From contig JBHGNT010000007.1 of assembly GCA_043228905.1 (NCBI GenBank), positions 19,344,001 through 19,408,000 on the forward strand: DNA of 64,000 nucleotides, in the 5' to 3' direction. Origin of the DNA: Azolla caroliniana. Taxonomy: Eukaryota; Plantae; Polypodiophyta. A model generated the notes under the pieces. That model saw nothing but the letters and a program-made list of their open reading frames with translations, searched no databases and was not told where the DNA came from. Shown one piece after another: positions 1-12,746 of the stretch (position 1 is the stretch's first letter; the number at the start of each line of letters is the position of its first letter). The translations under genes and the position numbers were made by a program.

Positions 1-139
1 CACTTAAATTGTTTGTATCATAACATATAACCACCAAAGCCATTATTTTTCGATACATAAAATTTGTCCTTCCTTATGGTGCATCTAACGAGTTAATAGC
101 CACACATACTTGGTGATGACCCCCATTCTACCTCAACAA

Positions 140-450
140 CTTTGAAGATTGTACGACATGAGCTCATTCATTTTGTGAAGAGTCCATTCTGTAGAGGAAA
201 GAATGCAAACTTCCCTCGCCCTGTGCCATGTGGGGCAAACTCACATGTAAGAACTTGGAAGATTGTACAACACATTGAGCTCATTCTTTTGTCTCCTTGT
301 TGAGGAAAGAATGCAAGCTTCCCTATCCCCTTGGGCCAATCTCATATGTAAGAACTTTAAGGATTGTATGACATGAGCACATTCATTTTGTGAAGAGTTC
401 ATTCTTTTGGCTCTTTGTAGAGGAAAAATGCAAGCTTCCCTCACACCTTG
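140..450. repeat. Degenerate tandem repeat, about 105-115 bp x3
   Basis: The motif gaagattgtac..gagctcattc..gaggaaagaatgcaagcttccct recurs at about 144, 258 and 360. Confidence 0.7.
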
Positions 451-839
451 GGATTATCAGAACATAAGATCGACACTAAGTGCATGCTCATTTCTTGACA
501 TGTAACTTTTACACAAATAGTGTTTATACTTAATAATTTCATAAAAGTTGACTCCCATTCCTTCTAATGTGCTAATTGAAATGTTTACATATATTTCTTT
601 CTCTGAAGTGTAACAATGTATCTTTCTATGGTAACATGTCTTTCTTTCTTTGAAGTGTTTAAAACAATTTGGAATTATGGTCTTGCAGAATGTTTGCCAT
701 TGGTCATTTGAAATATATATTTAGATAAGGGTATTATCAATTATACTAGAAAAAAAATTACATAAGCCCATGAAATATTAGATATTTTAATGAGATAGTA
801 AACAATTATTATGCAAACAATACTCCAATTTGGAGTAGC

Positions 840-2694
840 ATATATACATATACTCTTTCATACATACATACATACATATACATGCATGCATGCATATGTA
901 CCTACATTCAAACATTACATCCATGAATATGTATATACATACATTACACCGATTTATACATGCATACTTGACTAAATGTAACTATGCAATATGTACAAAT
1001 ATATATTACCATGTGTAAATATTTACATACACATACATAAATACATTGCATACTACATATATAAATACATGTATACATACATACATGTGTATGTATGTAT
1101 GCATGTATATAATAATATGTATGTATGTATAATCAACCATATATATATATTAGAATCAACCATATATATTGACATATATATATATATACTACACATTGTT
1201 ACAAACATATTTTATATACTACATATTACACACATATATCATTATACATACAATTATATGCAAACTCCATATATGTACATATACATACCAAACACAAAAA
1301 ATATACATAAATAAATAAATTACATATTATATATACATACACATACATATTAATACATAAGATTACATATTATATGTCTTACAAATTTTCACACATACAA
1401 ACAAGTTACGTATATTATATATGTTACTATGTATATATACACACACACGCACACACAAACACGTAAATAAATTAAATATTAGATATCATATAGTCCATAC
1501 ATATTACACAATAAATAAATTTACATACACATATGTACATACATACATTACATATTTACAAACATAGATATATTACATATAGACAAACATATTCCACATA
1601 TCACCATATATATAGATTATACGAAACCATGCAAACTACATTACTTACATATACACACACACATTAGATATATGTATACTTACACATACATCGGATATAT
1701 ACATGCATATTACATACATACATCCATATACGAGCCCTGAAAATATACATACATAAATACATTACATATATACACGTACATACATTCATACATGTACATA
1801 CATATCACCATATACACACACACATATATATATGCATACATACATTAAATATGTACATACATATTACAAACACACATCCATGCACATTGGCTCATGTACA
1901 TTGACAAATGTATATATGCACATACACATACATACATTACATATGTTACTATGTATATACATATTCCACATATATACATACATATTACAAACACACATCC
2001 ATGCACATTGACATATGCATATATGCACACACATTTAGACATTACATATGTACATACATATTCCATATATATACATGCAATATACATACACACACGTTGG
2101 ATATATGTATACTTACACATACATTGGACATATACATATATATTATGTGTATATTGCAAACATACATCCTTATATGAGGCATACACTACTAAACACGAAA
2201 ATACCCTGAAATTATACATACATAAATACATTACATATTACATACATATATACATATACGTACATTCGTACATGTACATACACATATTCATTTATACGTA
2301 CATATGCCTACAATGCTACACATAAATTTTACAAACATACATCCATACACATATATACATATATTATATACATGCATACACATACATACATTGCATATGT
2401 ATACTACATACTCATACATACATACATTACATATATACATAGATATCATCACATAAGCACATACACACATGGTCGTACACGCTATAATAGTACATATATA
2501 CATACACATACATACATTAGATATATACATAGATATCGTGCACATATTACAATCACACATCCATACAAATTGAATCGTGTACATTGACATATGTATATAT
2601 GCATACACATATGTACATTCGTACATGGACATATATGTATTCATACATACATACATAAATACATACATACACGTTCCACATATTAGATATATAC
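840..2694. repeat. AC/AT-rich low-complexity microsatellite-like tract (left part)
   Basis: Interspersed (AT)n, (AC)n and (ACAT)n. ORFs here are Y/I/H/T/C/V-rich artefacts. Confidence 0.9.
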
Positions 2695-2829
2695 GCTCGT
2701 GACTAACTGACACCAAATATTAAAGAGGGCAAGTAAGGGAATCGCGGAGAGGGACGGTGCAGGTCGCACTACTGATGGCGTGTTTGATCTCCACCGTCCA
2801 AGATGGATAAAAAGCTGACAACGTCTGTC

Positions 2830-3010
2830 ACAATGAGCCCGACTTTGTGAAAAGGAGCCCGACTCTATGAAAGGGAGCCCGGCTCTGTCAAAAGGAGCCC
2901 CATTGTCAGACAACCTTTGCAAGAGGGAGCCCGACTTTGTCAGAAGGAGCCCCGCTGTCAGACCACATCAGTAAGAAGGAGCCCGACTCTGTCAAAAGGA
3001 GCCCAACTCT
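2830..3010 (+). repeat. MULE-1 left subterminal repeats (aaggagcccgactctgtc-like, about 6-7 copies)
   Basis: GGAGCCC-core units just inside the TIR. Related degenerate inverse cores at about 22190-22265. Confidence 0.7.
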
Positions 3011-6000
3011 GTAGCAACAAACATCAAAAACTCCACAAAATTGTAAGTGTACAACAAATATTTGCCATGAAATTGATCATAAAATTTCTCAAAAAAACCT
3101 AAAGATTCAAATAACAAGTTTTACATAAAATATTAAAATGTCAAATGTTGACAACCCTAAATGAAATATGAATATACAAGTTACATATTAAGATTATGGC
3201 TCATGTCGGGATGATTGCAAGATGCAACCACAATTTTTACAACATGTAACATTTGAGTCCCTTGAATTCAAGGTCAAGCCATTGCAACGCAAACACCGAA
3301 CCTTCTCATGGTCAACCAATGGCAATCTCCTCCTAGCCCGACTAGCACCTCTTTGTAGTTTTCCGAAGTGGGATTTGGAAGTGTTTGGGGAGCTGCCAAT
3401 AAGTTCTTGCGAGATGTCTATTGTTGCACTTCTTTTGGTACCGATTTGTTGGTTGCGACTTATTGATCTACCATCTTCTTCATTGGTTGATTTTGGTGCA
3501 CCAACGCGATACACCTTCTCAGCCACATCTTCCAATGTTTGTATACCTTCGACAATAGTTGCACAGTCGAAGATTCCTAACCCTTGCTCAAGACATTGAA
3601 GTGCTTTCACGACCGTTTGTATTTTGGACTTGAATGATTCAATCTCGGATGTTGTGGGGTTTGTCTCCTCTACTTGCTCTACCTCTGCCTCCACTTCAAT
3701 TTCTGTATTATGGTCCATTCGCATTTGGGTCGCGTGATCTATAAAAGGCAATGAGCCACATAAATGTGGCATATGCCTCTCAATAATCATTCGGATACCG
3801 AGTAAATGCTTACATTTACTCACAATGTCTTGGCAATCACAATATGAGCATTGGAGTGAGACATTGTTGAGAGACAAGCTCAACATCGGCCGGATCAGCT
3901 GAAGAAGCCGAGGACTGGATCGGTTGGGACCGATCGGTTAGGCCGAATGCATAAACCGGTACGCAGACCGGTGCGTAGGAAGGGCCGGATCGGTGCGTAA
4001 ACCGGGAGGCCGTTAGGAAAGATATTCCGTGAGGAATATATTTGGGAGTTAGTGTAGGAGCTCTTAGTGAGCATTGAAGTACTGTCAGTACTTCAGTCAG
4101 TCCTTCTAGGACTTGTATAAAAGTGTTCATTGAACACACATATGTATAGAGAATTGTGAATAGAGTTTTTTGAATATAGTTCTTGTTTTCTCTCTATCAC
4201 TCTCTCTGTCTCTCCCGCGTATACTGCGTAAGCTCAAACTCTCCATTAAACCTGATTTTTCTTCCTTTGTTCGGTCTTCATACTTGCTTCCGCACGTTAC
4301 TCTTTACATGGTATCAGAGCGCGAGGGTTGAGAACCTCTCTCCAACCGACACAGCTTGACGAAGAAGAACAAGAAGAACGATGGATAGAGGCATGGCGAG
4401 CTCGCTTCCAACAGAGAAGCTCGACAGAACCAACTACGCGTCTTGGTCCTACAAGATGCACCAGTACCTGCTCGGGCACGGCTATTGGAGTTATGTCGAA
4501 GGAGCTAATGACGCGACACCCGAATCGACACACAGAGACTTCCCATCGTGGGAGCAATTGGCGAGCAGGGTATTATACTGCTTCGCATCCTGTGTGGGCG
4601 AACAACTATTGAGCTATGTACGGGATGCAAAGACGCCGAAGGGTGCGTGGGAAAATCTGTAGAAGATTTTCGCCGCGAGCACCACAGCCAGGAAGCTTCA
4701 GCTCCGATAGGAGTTGAACAACCTACGACAACGTGACTTGTCGGTGGTGGACTATACCTCGAAGATCAAGGATATCTGCGACTCCCTCGCCTCCATAGAG
4801 GTGAACAACGAGGAGAGCGAGATGGTCCAGATCTGTCTCGGAGGTTTGGCGTCGAAGTTCGGAGCGTTCCGAACAGCTGTGTGTACCCGGGAGAATACAC
4901 AGTCCTTTTTCGACTTACAGTCAATGCTCCTGGTAGAGGAGAACCACGTGGGTGCGTCTACAAGCATGCACACCGACAACAGAATGTTGTACACGGCGGG
5001 AGATAGGCCCTGTGGACGTGGAGGACGAGGCGAGTCGGCGTGCAATGGAGGCGGCCGACGAGATCAAGGAAGAAGGCACCGAAGTGATGCCGACAGCAAC
5101 TCCGGACCCTCCGGAAACAGGGGGAGTCGAAGCGATGAGAACCGGCAAGGGAAGGCCATCCCGGAGTGCTGGTAGTGTGGCAAGAAAGTCCACAGGGAAA
5201 GTGAGTGCTGGAAGAAGCACGCCAATTTGGAGAGAACCGGTTCCGGAAACAGCTCCGGACATACCAACAAGGGAAATCGGCAGCGATCGCACTACGCCGA
5301 AGACTCTGGGAGAGCTGGAGAAGGGTCTGTCTTCGTGACGAGACACGAAGAAAACTCAATGAAACGGACCACCCCGAGATCAGACGAGGTGTGGTACGTA
5401 GACTCCGGTGCGTCAAACCACATGACGAGTCATAAGGAGTGGTTCTCGTACCTTGAAAAACCGATACAACCTGGAGTAGTCGCAACTGGAGACGACACTC
5501 CGCATCCGATCGTGAATGTTGGAGAAGTTCCCCTTAGCCATGTCGGGCAGAAAGGGAAACTCATGAACGTGTTGCACGTTCCGACAATCACAAAGAACTT
5601 GGTCTCGGTCAGACAGATCGTCTACCAAGGGATGGAGGTTCGGTTTACACACCTCGGGTGCTTCATTGAGGAAGAAGGCCGAGTGATTGCGCAAGGACGC
5701 AGAGACGGGAGGATGTTCATCCTCGATTCCACTGACGGCGGCACCGCAATGTTCGCGAAGGGACAAAAATCCGAGTCGGACATCGACTTGTGGCACAAGC
5801 GGATAGGCCACGTCAACTACCAATGGCTTCAAGATTTGCAATCGAAATAGGTAGTGTTCGGATTGCCCAAATTTAGTGGCCGAAAGGCACAAATTTGTGA
5901 AGCCTGCAAGCTCGGGAAGCAACACCGACTTCCTTTCCCCAACGAGTGAAACCGGAGCTGGAACAAACTCGACCTTATACACTCCGATGTATGGGGGGCG

Positions 6001-8476
6001 GCACAAAACGTTAGTCTTGGCAGGAGCCGATATTTCGTCTCCTTCATCGACGACCACACGCGACACACGTGGATCTACCTTATTGAGAGGAAGAGCGAAG
6101 TCTTCGACTGCTTCCGGGACCTCAAAGGGTTCGTGGAAACGGAAACGGGACGAAAGATCAAGTGCCTGCGGTCGGATGGCGGGAAAGAGTACTTTTCTGG
6201 TCAATTCAATGGTTACCTACAACAAATGGGAATTCGGCGTGAATTCAGTTGTAGATACACGCCGGAGAAGAACGGCGTGGCCGAGAGGAAGAATCGGTCG
6301 ATTGTGGAGGCGGCACGGGCAATGCTAGAGGAGAAGAGCTTGCCCAAGTTCTACTGGGCCGAGGCGGTAAGGACCGTGGTATACATCTAGAACCGGATCG
6401 GAGACAAAGTGTCGACGCACGAGCTATATTTCGGAACGAAGCCAAACTTGCAACACTTGAGGGTGTTCGGTAGCATTGCGTATGTGCATGTACCGAAGGA
6501 GAAAAGGAGGAAGCTGGACGCAAAGGCCGAGAAATGCATCTTGGTCGGTTACTCGGACGAGCAGAAGGGTTATAAGTGCTATAACCCTCGCACCAAACAA
6601 GCGTGTGTTAGCCGCGACGTTGTGGTTGACGAGTCCGCATCCTGGTACCAGCCCCCGACTCCGAACCTCGACTCCAATCCGAGCTCTGACGATGAGGTCA
6701 GCGAGGCCGAGATGCCTCCGGATGAGCCCGAAATCGAGACCCGCGAAGAAAGTCCGATTTCACTCCGTTTAAGTGGACCGATTGGACGACTAAGTCGGTA
6801 TGATCAGTCTGATGAAGAGCCGACGAGTAGTGGAGACTCGGTCGTGCATTCCCCGCGCAGGAAGCCGAGGAGACGGCTTATGCGCAAAGAGAAAGGGAAG
6901 AAGAAGGTGTCGGATTCCAGCACGGATAGGAACGAGTCAAACCGACGCGAGTCCGACTTTGAGCGAACCGGTGACGGGTCTTTAAAGGTAAAGTCCGCGT
7001 CGACCGAGAAGGCCTCGACATCGGCTAATGCTAGATTACGACAATCTATCCGCCAGAAGAACCTTGTTTTGAGGTTCGGATACAACGAGTACATGGCACA
7101 TCATTATGCGTACATGACCCGTGTAGCGGAAGTGCGTGAGCTTGAGAGCTACGCAGAAGCGGCTAAAGACGCGAATTGGCGTGCCGCGATGGAGGAAGAG
7201 ATGCACGCATTGGCGGAGAACGAGACCTGGGACCTGGTTGACGCACCAACAAGGGTAAAACCGATCGGGTGTAGGTGGGTGTACAAAGTCAAGTACAACA
7301 CCGATGGCTCGGTCAACCGGTACAAGGCTCAGCTAGTGGCAAAAGGCTACGCGCAGAAACACGGCATCGACTACAATGAGACATTTGTGTCGGTCGCGAA
7401 AATGACAACCGTCCGTGTTTTGCTCGCAGTAGCCGCGGCCAAGGGGTGGCACCTACATCAAATGGATGTAAAGAATGCGTTCCTGCAAGGTGACCTTGAG
7501 GAACAGGTGTACATGGTACAACCCCCCGGATTTCACTCCGGAACGAACTCCTCGGCAGTATGCCGACTGAAGAAGTCCCTTTACGAACTGAAGCAAGCCC
7601 CACGTGCCTAGAACACGAAGATCACGCAACAATTGCGTCGGATGGGCTTCGTCACGTCAAAATCGAACTTTTCCCTGTTCATCCGGAAAGTTCGACTCGG
7701 ACCGGTTAGTATTTTACTATATGTTGATGACTTGGTCATCACCGGCGCCGACCTCGGTGAAATCGACCGCGTGAAGCTCCAGCTTGCGGCATCGTTCGAC
7801 ATGAAGGATCTGGGGGACCTTCATTACTTCCTCGGGATTGAAGTGATCCGTACCCTCGAAGGCATATTGATCAGCCAACGTCATTACGTGCTGGGTATGC
7901 TCTTCAAACTCGGGATAGCCGACTGTAAGTCCGTCTCGACTCCTCTGGACAAAATCGTCAAGCTTCGTCCCGATACGGGAAAGGTATGCGACCCGACAAG
8001 GTTCCGATAGATTGTCGGAAGCCTCATATACTTGACAATCACCGGACCCGACCTTAGTTATCCGGTCTGAGTGATCAGTCAGTTCATGGCGCTGTCGTGA
8101 AGATTTTCGGCAATAGTGTGAAAATCCCATAAAACGTACGAAATCGAGTATGAATCACATAATACAATAATTGTGAAGATAACATTTTAAATAAATTTAA
8201 TATCTAAGTACAACATGATGGAGGTTTCGAATGCACTTTATTACACGAGAAACGGACAACTAAATGTCAAGATATGAGGGTATAAAGTTTGTGAAAGGAA
8301 AAGAGAAAATTGTGAGATATCCCACATAGGCACGACAAATACGGCTCTCATCATATATAATGTAGAGCAAAAGATATTATCTTTGTGTCTATGTGTGGAG
8401 CATAGAGAGTTCAAGGTAACTTGAACTAAGAGTGGTGGTGGGTTAGCTACTCGTAAAGGGTTTTGGCCAACCAAAA

Positions 8477-9030
8477 CCGGACCGGCGATGGAGCCGGTGA
8501 TCCGGCGGCATCCGGCGAGGCACCGGTATCCGTCGCCGGTGAGACGACGGCATCCGACGAGGCACCGGTATCCGGCGCCGGTGAGACGACGGCATCCGAC
8601 GAGGCACCGGTATCCGGCGCCGGTGAGACGACGGCATCCGACGAGGCACCGGCGGCAACCGGCGATGGCAACCGACGACATCCGACGAACCGGAGACTAG
8701 ATAAATAAATATATAAATATATATACAGATTCGAACCTTGCAACTCCAAGTTAGGAGTCAATTGGCTTACCATTACCGGACCGGCGATGGAGCCGGTGAT
8801 CCGGCGGCATCCGGCGAGGCACCGGTATTCGGCGCCGGTGAGACGACGGCATTCGACGAGGCACCGGTAACCGACGGCATCCGGCGAGGCACCGGCGATG
8901 GCAACCGACGACATCCGACGAGCCGGAGACTAGATAAATAAATATATAAATATATATACATATACAAGGAGGGCAAGTAAGGATTCGAACCATGCAACTC
9001 CAAGTTAGGAGTAAATTGGCTTACCATTAA
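8477..9030. repeat. GC-rich 42-bp tandem repeats within a roughly 300-bp duplicated module
   Basis: gaggcaccggtatccggcgccggtgagacgacggcatccgac starts at 8517, 8559, 8601 and 8643. The module is repeated from about 8776. Confidence 0.9.
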
Positions 9031-9037
9031 GCCATGC
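8970..9037 (-). promoter_or_regulatory. tRNA-like cassette with Pol III A- and B-boxes
   Basis: Minus strand: TGGCTTAATGG (A box, 9034-9024), D-arm-like GGCT..AGCC, and GGTTCGAATCC (B box, 8991-8981). A partial second copy lies at about 8728-8775. Confidence 0.55.
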
Positions 9038-12000
9038 TATTTAGTTGAATTTATATTTCTATCATTGTACTTTTACATGTAAATTCTCATACATGAGAGC
9101 TAAAATGAGTGACATGGTTATCATGCACCACATGTAATACATAAGCGCCAAATGGCAAACATGCAATTTATGCATGTCTTGTACCCTCACATGCATCATA
9201 TGCATGAGAGCATCTATAAAAGAAAGAAGGGGGAGGAGAAAAAATACGTTTTTTTTTTATGAAAATTAAGAGAAAGAAATTCGTTATCAAATTGATCGTG
9301 TAACTTGTTTCTTAAATCTAAAGTTAAAAGTTCAATCAATCTCTCTCAATCGTGTAATCTCAACTTCTCTCTTTCCCAATCTATCTTAAGTACTTTCTCG
9401 CTAAAGCTTGCGCCAAAGCTTGTACCGACTTTGAATCCTTCAAGTCCAGAACCCCGGCGGTTCCGCCTCACGATCCGCGCGTAGTGACGGATCTTCACGA
9501 CAACGCGACCTACCGAGGAGCACCTTTAGTGTGCGCAATGCATACTTCGTTATGTCAACGGCACTAAGGACCAGGGACTACTATATCGGACCGGTGCAGC
9601 CGTGCAGTTAGTCGGCTACACCGATGTTGATTGGGCTGGCAACGCCGTCGATCGCCGATCCACGTCTGGATACGCGTTCTCCCTCGGGAGTGCCGCGATT
9701 GTGTGGAGCAGTAAGAAGCAGCCGACAGTTGCACTGTCGAGCACCGAAGCTGAGTATCGAGGAGCGGCTGTCGCGACATGCGAAGCCATATGGTTGAAGC
9801 GGCTACTTAAGGACCTGTAAGAGGAGGTGTCCGATCCAACGACGATCTACTGCGACAACCTCAGCAGCATCCAACTCGCGAAGAACCCCGTCTTCCACGC
9901 ACGGACCAAGCACATTGAGGTGCACTACCATTTCGTCCGTGAGCGTGTCCTTTCCAGTGAAGTTGAACTTCAGTACGTTCCAACGGATCGGCAAACTGCC
10001 GACATCTTCACCAAGCCTCTTGGTCTGGACAAGTTGCGGCAATTCTTAGGTGCGCTCGGATTGCGTCACCTCGACGTGCCAAACTTGAGGGGGAGAACAA
10101 TCCTAAACGACCAAGCAAGGCAGCAGGAAAGGAGCGGAGACCGCGACACCACCGAGTCGGTTGAATCGGTTGTCGAGTTCGACTTCGGATCGGCTGAAGA
10201 AGCCGAGGGCGGACCAACGGAAAAGTTCGGAAGAGGACAGAAGGGGAGCAACCGAAGGAGAGAGCCGAAGCCAACCACGCATGGGGAAGATGACGCCACC
10301 GAGGGCGAGAAGACCGAAGACGAGTTGGAGACAGCCAACTCGGACGAGAGCGAAAATCGATCGGAGGTAGCCGAGTCGGTTCAAATGTTTGATTCAGATA
10401 CGCTGAATCAACCGAGGCCCAAGCGGAAGAAAAGGCAGCAGAAGAAGCATCAACACCGCAACAGCAGAAGAGCTGATGAGGGCCACATGAGCAGACAAGC
10501 CGACCGGAAGGGTCGAAGCGCGCGGAGTCGAACACGTCGTGGAGCGCGAGCGAGGCATGAAGCCAGGAGGAACCAGAGCTGTGAGCCCGAAGATCCCGAA
10601 GAGCCTCAAGTTGAGCTTGAGGGGGAGTGTTGAGAGACAAGCTCAACATCGGCCGGATCGGCTGAAGAAGCCGAGGACCGGATCGGTTGGGACCGATCGG
10701 TTAGGCCGAATGCGTAAACCGGTACGCAGATCGGTGCGTAGGAAGGGCCGGATCGGTGCGTAAACCGGGAGGCCGTTAGGAAAGATATTCCGTGAGGAAT
10801 ATATTTGGGAGTTAGTGTAGGAGCTCTTAGTGAGCATTGAAGTACTGTCAGTACTTCAGTCAGTCCTTCTAGGACTTGTATAAAAGTGTTCATTGAACAC
10901 ACATATGTATAGAGAATTGTGAATAGAGTTTTTTGAATATAGTTCTTGTTTTCTCTCTATCACTCTCTCTGTCTCTCCCGCGTATACTGCGTAAGCTCAA
11001 GCTCTCCATTAAACCTGAGTTTTCTTCCTTTGTTCGGTCTTCATACTTGCTTCCGCATGTTACTCTTTACAGACATTATACCATCGAGTGGGAGTCGTCA
11101 TGCTCAAGATTCTAAACCAATATCGGGCCTCGTCGACAATTTCAATTGTGGAAGTATTGTCGACATACCTTTCCAATATTCTCTCCGCTTCTTTAAGTCG
11201 GGACCTTTGATCCCTACAATTTGCACGGGGTGCAAACCGACCACTCTCACATATTTCTTGTCGTTTCTTGTACCACTCTATTACCGTTCCTCCTATGCAA
11301 GTGCCAGTTTCACTGTCCCCGATTAAGAAATGCAAAAGTTCGGTAATTGATTGGTTTATTCTTCCCCTCAGGGCAGTATACTTGATAAACTGCCAATGTT
11401 TTTCCACAATATTGGTAGTGTCAACGTGTCCATAGTTGAACATTCTACCAAACTTGGGCCAGAGTTTCCTCCACACACATGTCAAACCACACCATCCTCC
11501 TTCTATATATTGCCAAACACCGGGCTTGTCCGCATATTCTACCTTTCACTCCTCACACATTGCATTGAATGATGATTCAGTAATGCATTGCATCAATTGG
11601 CATATTTGTTGATAAATATGCCTTCTCTCATTTGCACTTACTTTTGGCAACAAGTTGTCCACCCATGACTTTTTGGCGTGAAACTAACAAAACAAAAGTT
11701 GACAATGTGTTTGGGACCGTTGCCCATTTACAACAATCCAAGATTGACGGTCTGTTGCAACCACATTAATTATGGCATTATATGATGTCCAACATTTATT
11801 GATCACTATCGCATTTATCCTCATTGTGGGCATCCTTGCGAATATGACTCTCAAACAAGTTTCTAATGCCAGTTCCTCATGGTTTGACCCCTTATCAGAG
11901 CTACAAAGCATGTACCATAATGGGATCCCAATTCCCATGGCGTTGGGGGCAACTGCTGCATATAATGGTAGCCCGAATTGGTTTGTTTTAAATGTTGAGA

Positions 12001-12746
12001 CAATTGCCCAAGAGTTGTTTAGGATCAACCACTCACACATTTCCAATATCCATTGATCTTGAAGTATCAAGATAAATGGTTGTATGGCAGGAGATCCCGG
12101 TTCACCAAGCAGGTAGGGTTGAACATGAGCCACTTTCCCAAGATCTCGGAGTGCATAGGCATCTTGCATCATCAAAGCCCAATCAACCTTAGTCATGGCA
12201 CTCCCAATTTTTAACCTATTTGCCATGTTATGGACCTACTTTGGTATCATAAAGAACCGATAGGTAACAAGCTCTAATGGACTGACCTTGGACTTATGAT
12301 ATGCTTACTTACGCATGCTCATTTGTGCCACATGCCTTGCACACCCAACATCAAATAGGTCATCTTTGCAACAACTTATGACATTGGGGTGTATTGGCAA
12401 ATGGTATACATCCGACCTACTACATGGTACATGACCACTATGAGGTCCATATATTGAAATGGTAGGTGTCTCAATGTCAACATCGTCATTGATTCTAACA
12501 TCCACATGGAATGTGCACCCACATCGGGGTGTGCACCTGCGTCATCGAGTGGAATTAGACGCAATTCAAGATGTCCCAACACGATGGCAACTATACCTAG
12601 TCACATGCATACCCTTCTTGACTCCTTTCCTTAAACGTGTGTGGTACTTGGTTTGCAAATCCGTGAGCGCATCATCTAATTGGTGGGTTTCTACCTTCAT
12701 CACTTCTATGGGTAGGGTCTTGTTATATTTGGTCATGCTTGATCCC

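Larger units (their letters stand above)
8093..9502. mobile_element. 1410-bp non-coding TG..CA element (probable solo LTR) inserted in Copia-1 RT
   Basis: Perfect 12-bp terminal inverted repeat TGTCGTGAAGAT/ATCTTCACGACA. 4-bp TSD GCGC/ACGC. Removing it restores the frame QFM-ARPT. TATA-like ctataaaag at about 9214. Confidence 0.85.
4381..10633 (+). pseudogene. Copia-1 gag-pol (gag, Zn knuckle, PR, INT, RT, RNase H, C-terminal extension)
   Basis: Motifs [46 protein letters not shown] and SSTEAEY..ADIFTKPL. About 11 nonsense codons plus an insertion at 8093-9502. Confidence 0.93.
3865..11071 (+). mobile_element. Copia-1: full-length Ty1/Copia LTR retrotransposon (decayed ORF)
   Basis: 444-bp LTRs 3865-4308 and 10628-11071 (TG..CA, about 7 differences). 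TSD GACAT at 3860-3864 and 11072-11076. PBS TGGTATCAGAGC (tRNA-iMet) at 4309-4320. PPT gagggggag. Confidence 0.97.
3194..12736 (-). pseudogene. MULE-1 transposase (WRKY/GCM-like Zn finger, DDE core, SWIM, C-terminal C4 Zn ribbon), split by Copia-1
   Basis: Segments 12736-11072 and 3864-3194. Motifs YSCHR..CGC..H.GH, WAIVSTFKTN, AIVINK, LLFC-FH..W, TTNIVEKHW, SWIM CSYCDC..CKH and CLRC..CKNC. In-frame stops present. Confidence 0.88.

Noticed and set aside
991-2716. Several 70-140 aa ORFs rich in Y/I/H/T/C/V/M (also 22718-23425 and 43516-43946)
   Set aside because: Translations of AC/AT microsatellite-like DNA with no domain signal.
8241-9027. Repetitive ORFs on both strands and a CRISPR-like periodic look
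   Set aside because: Head-to-tail 42-bp repeats with no unique spacers, no cas genes, and a eukaryotic TE context.
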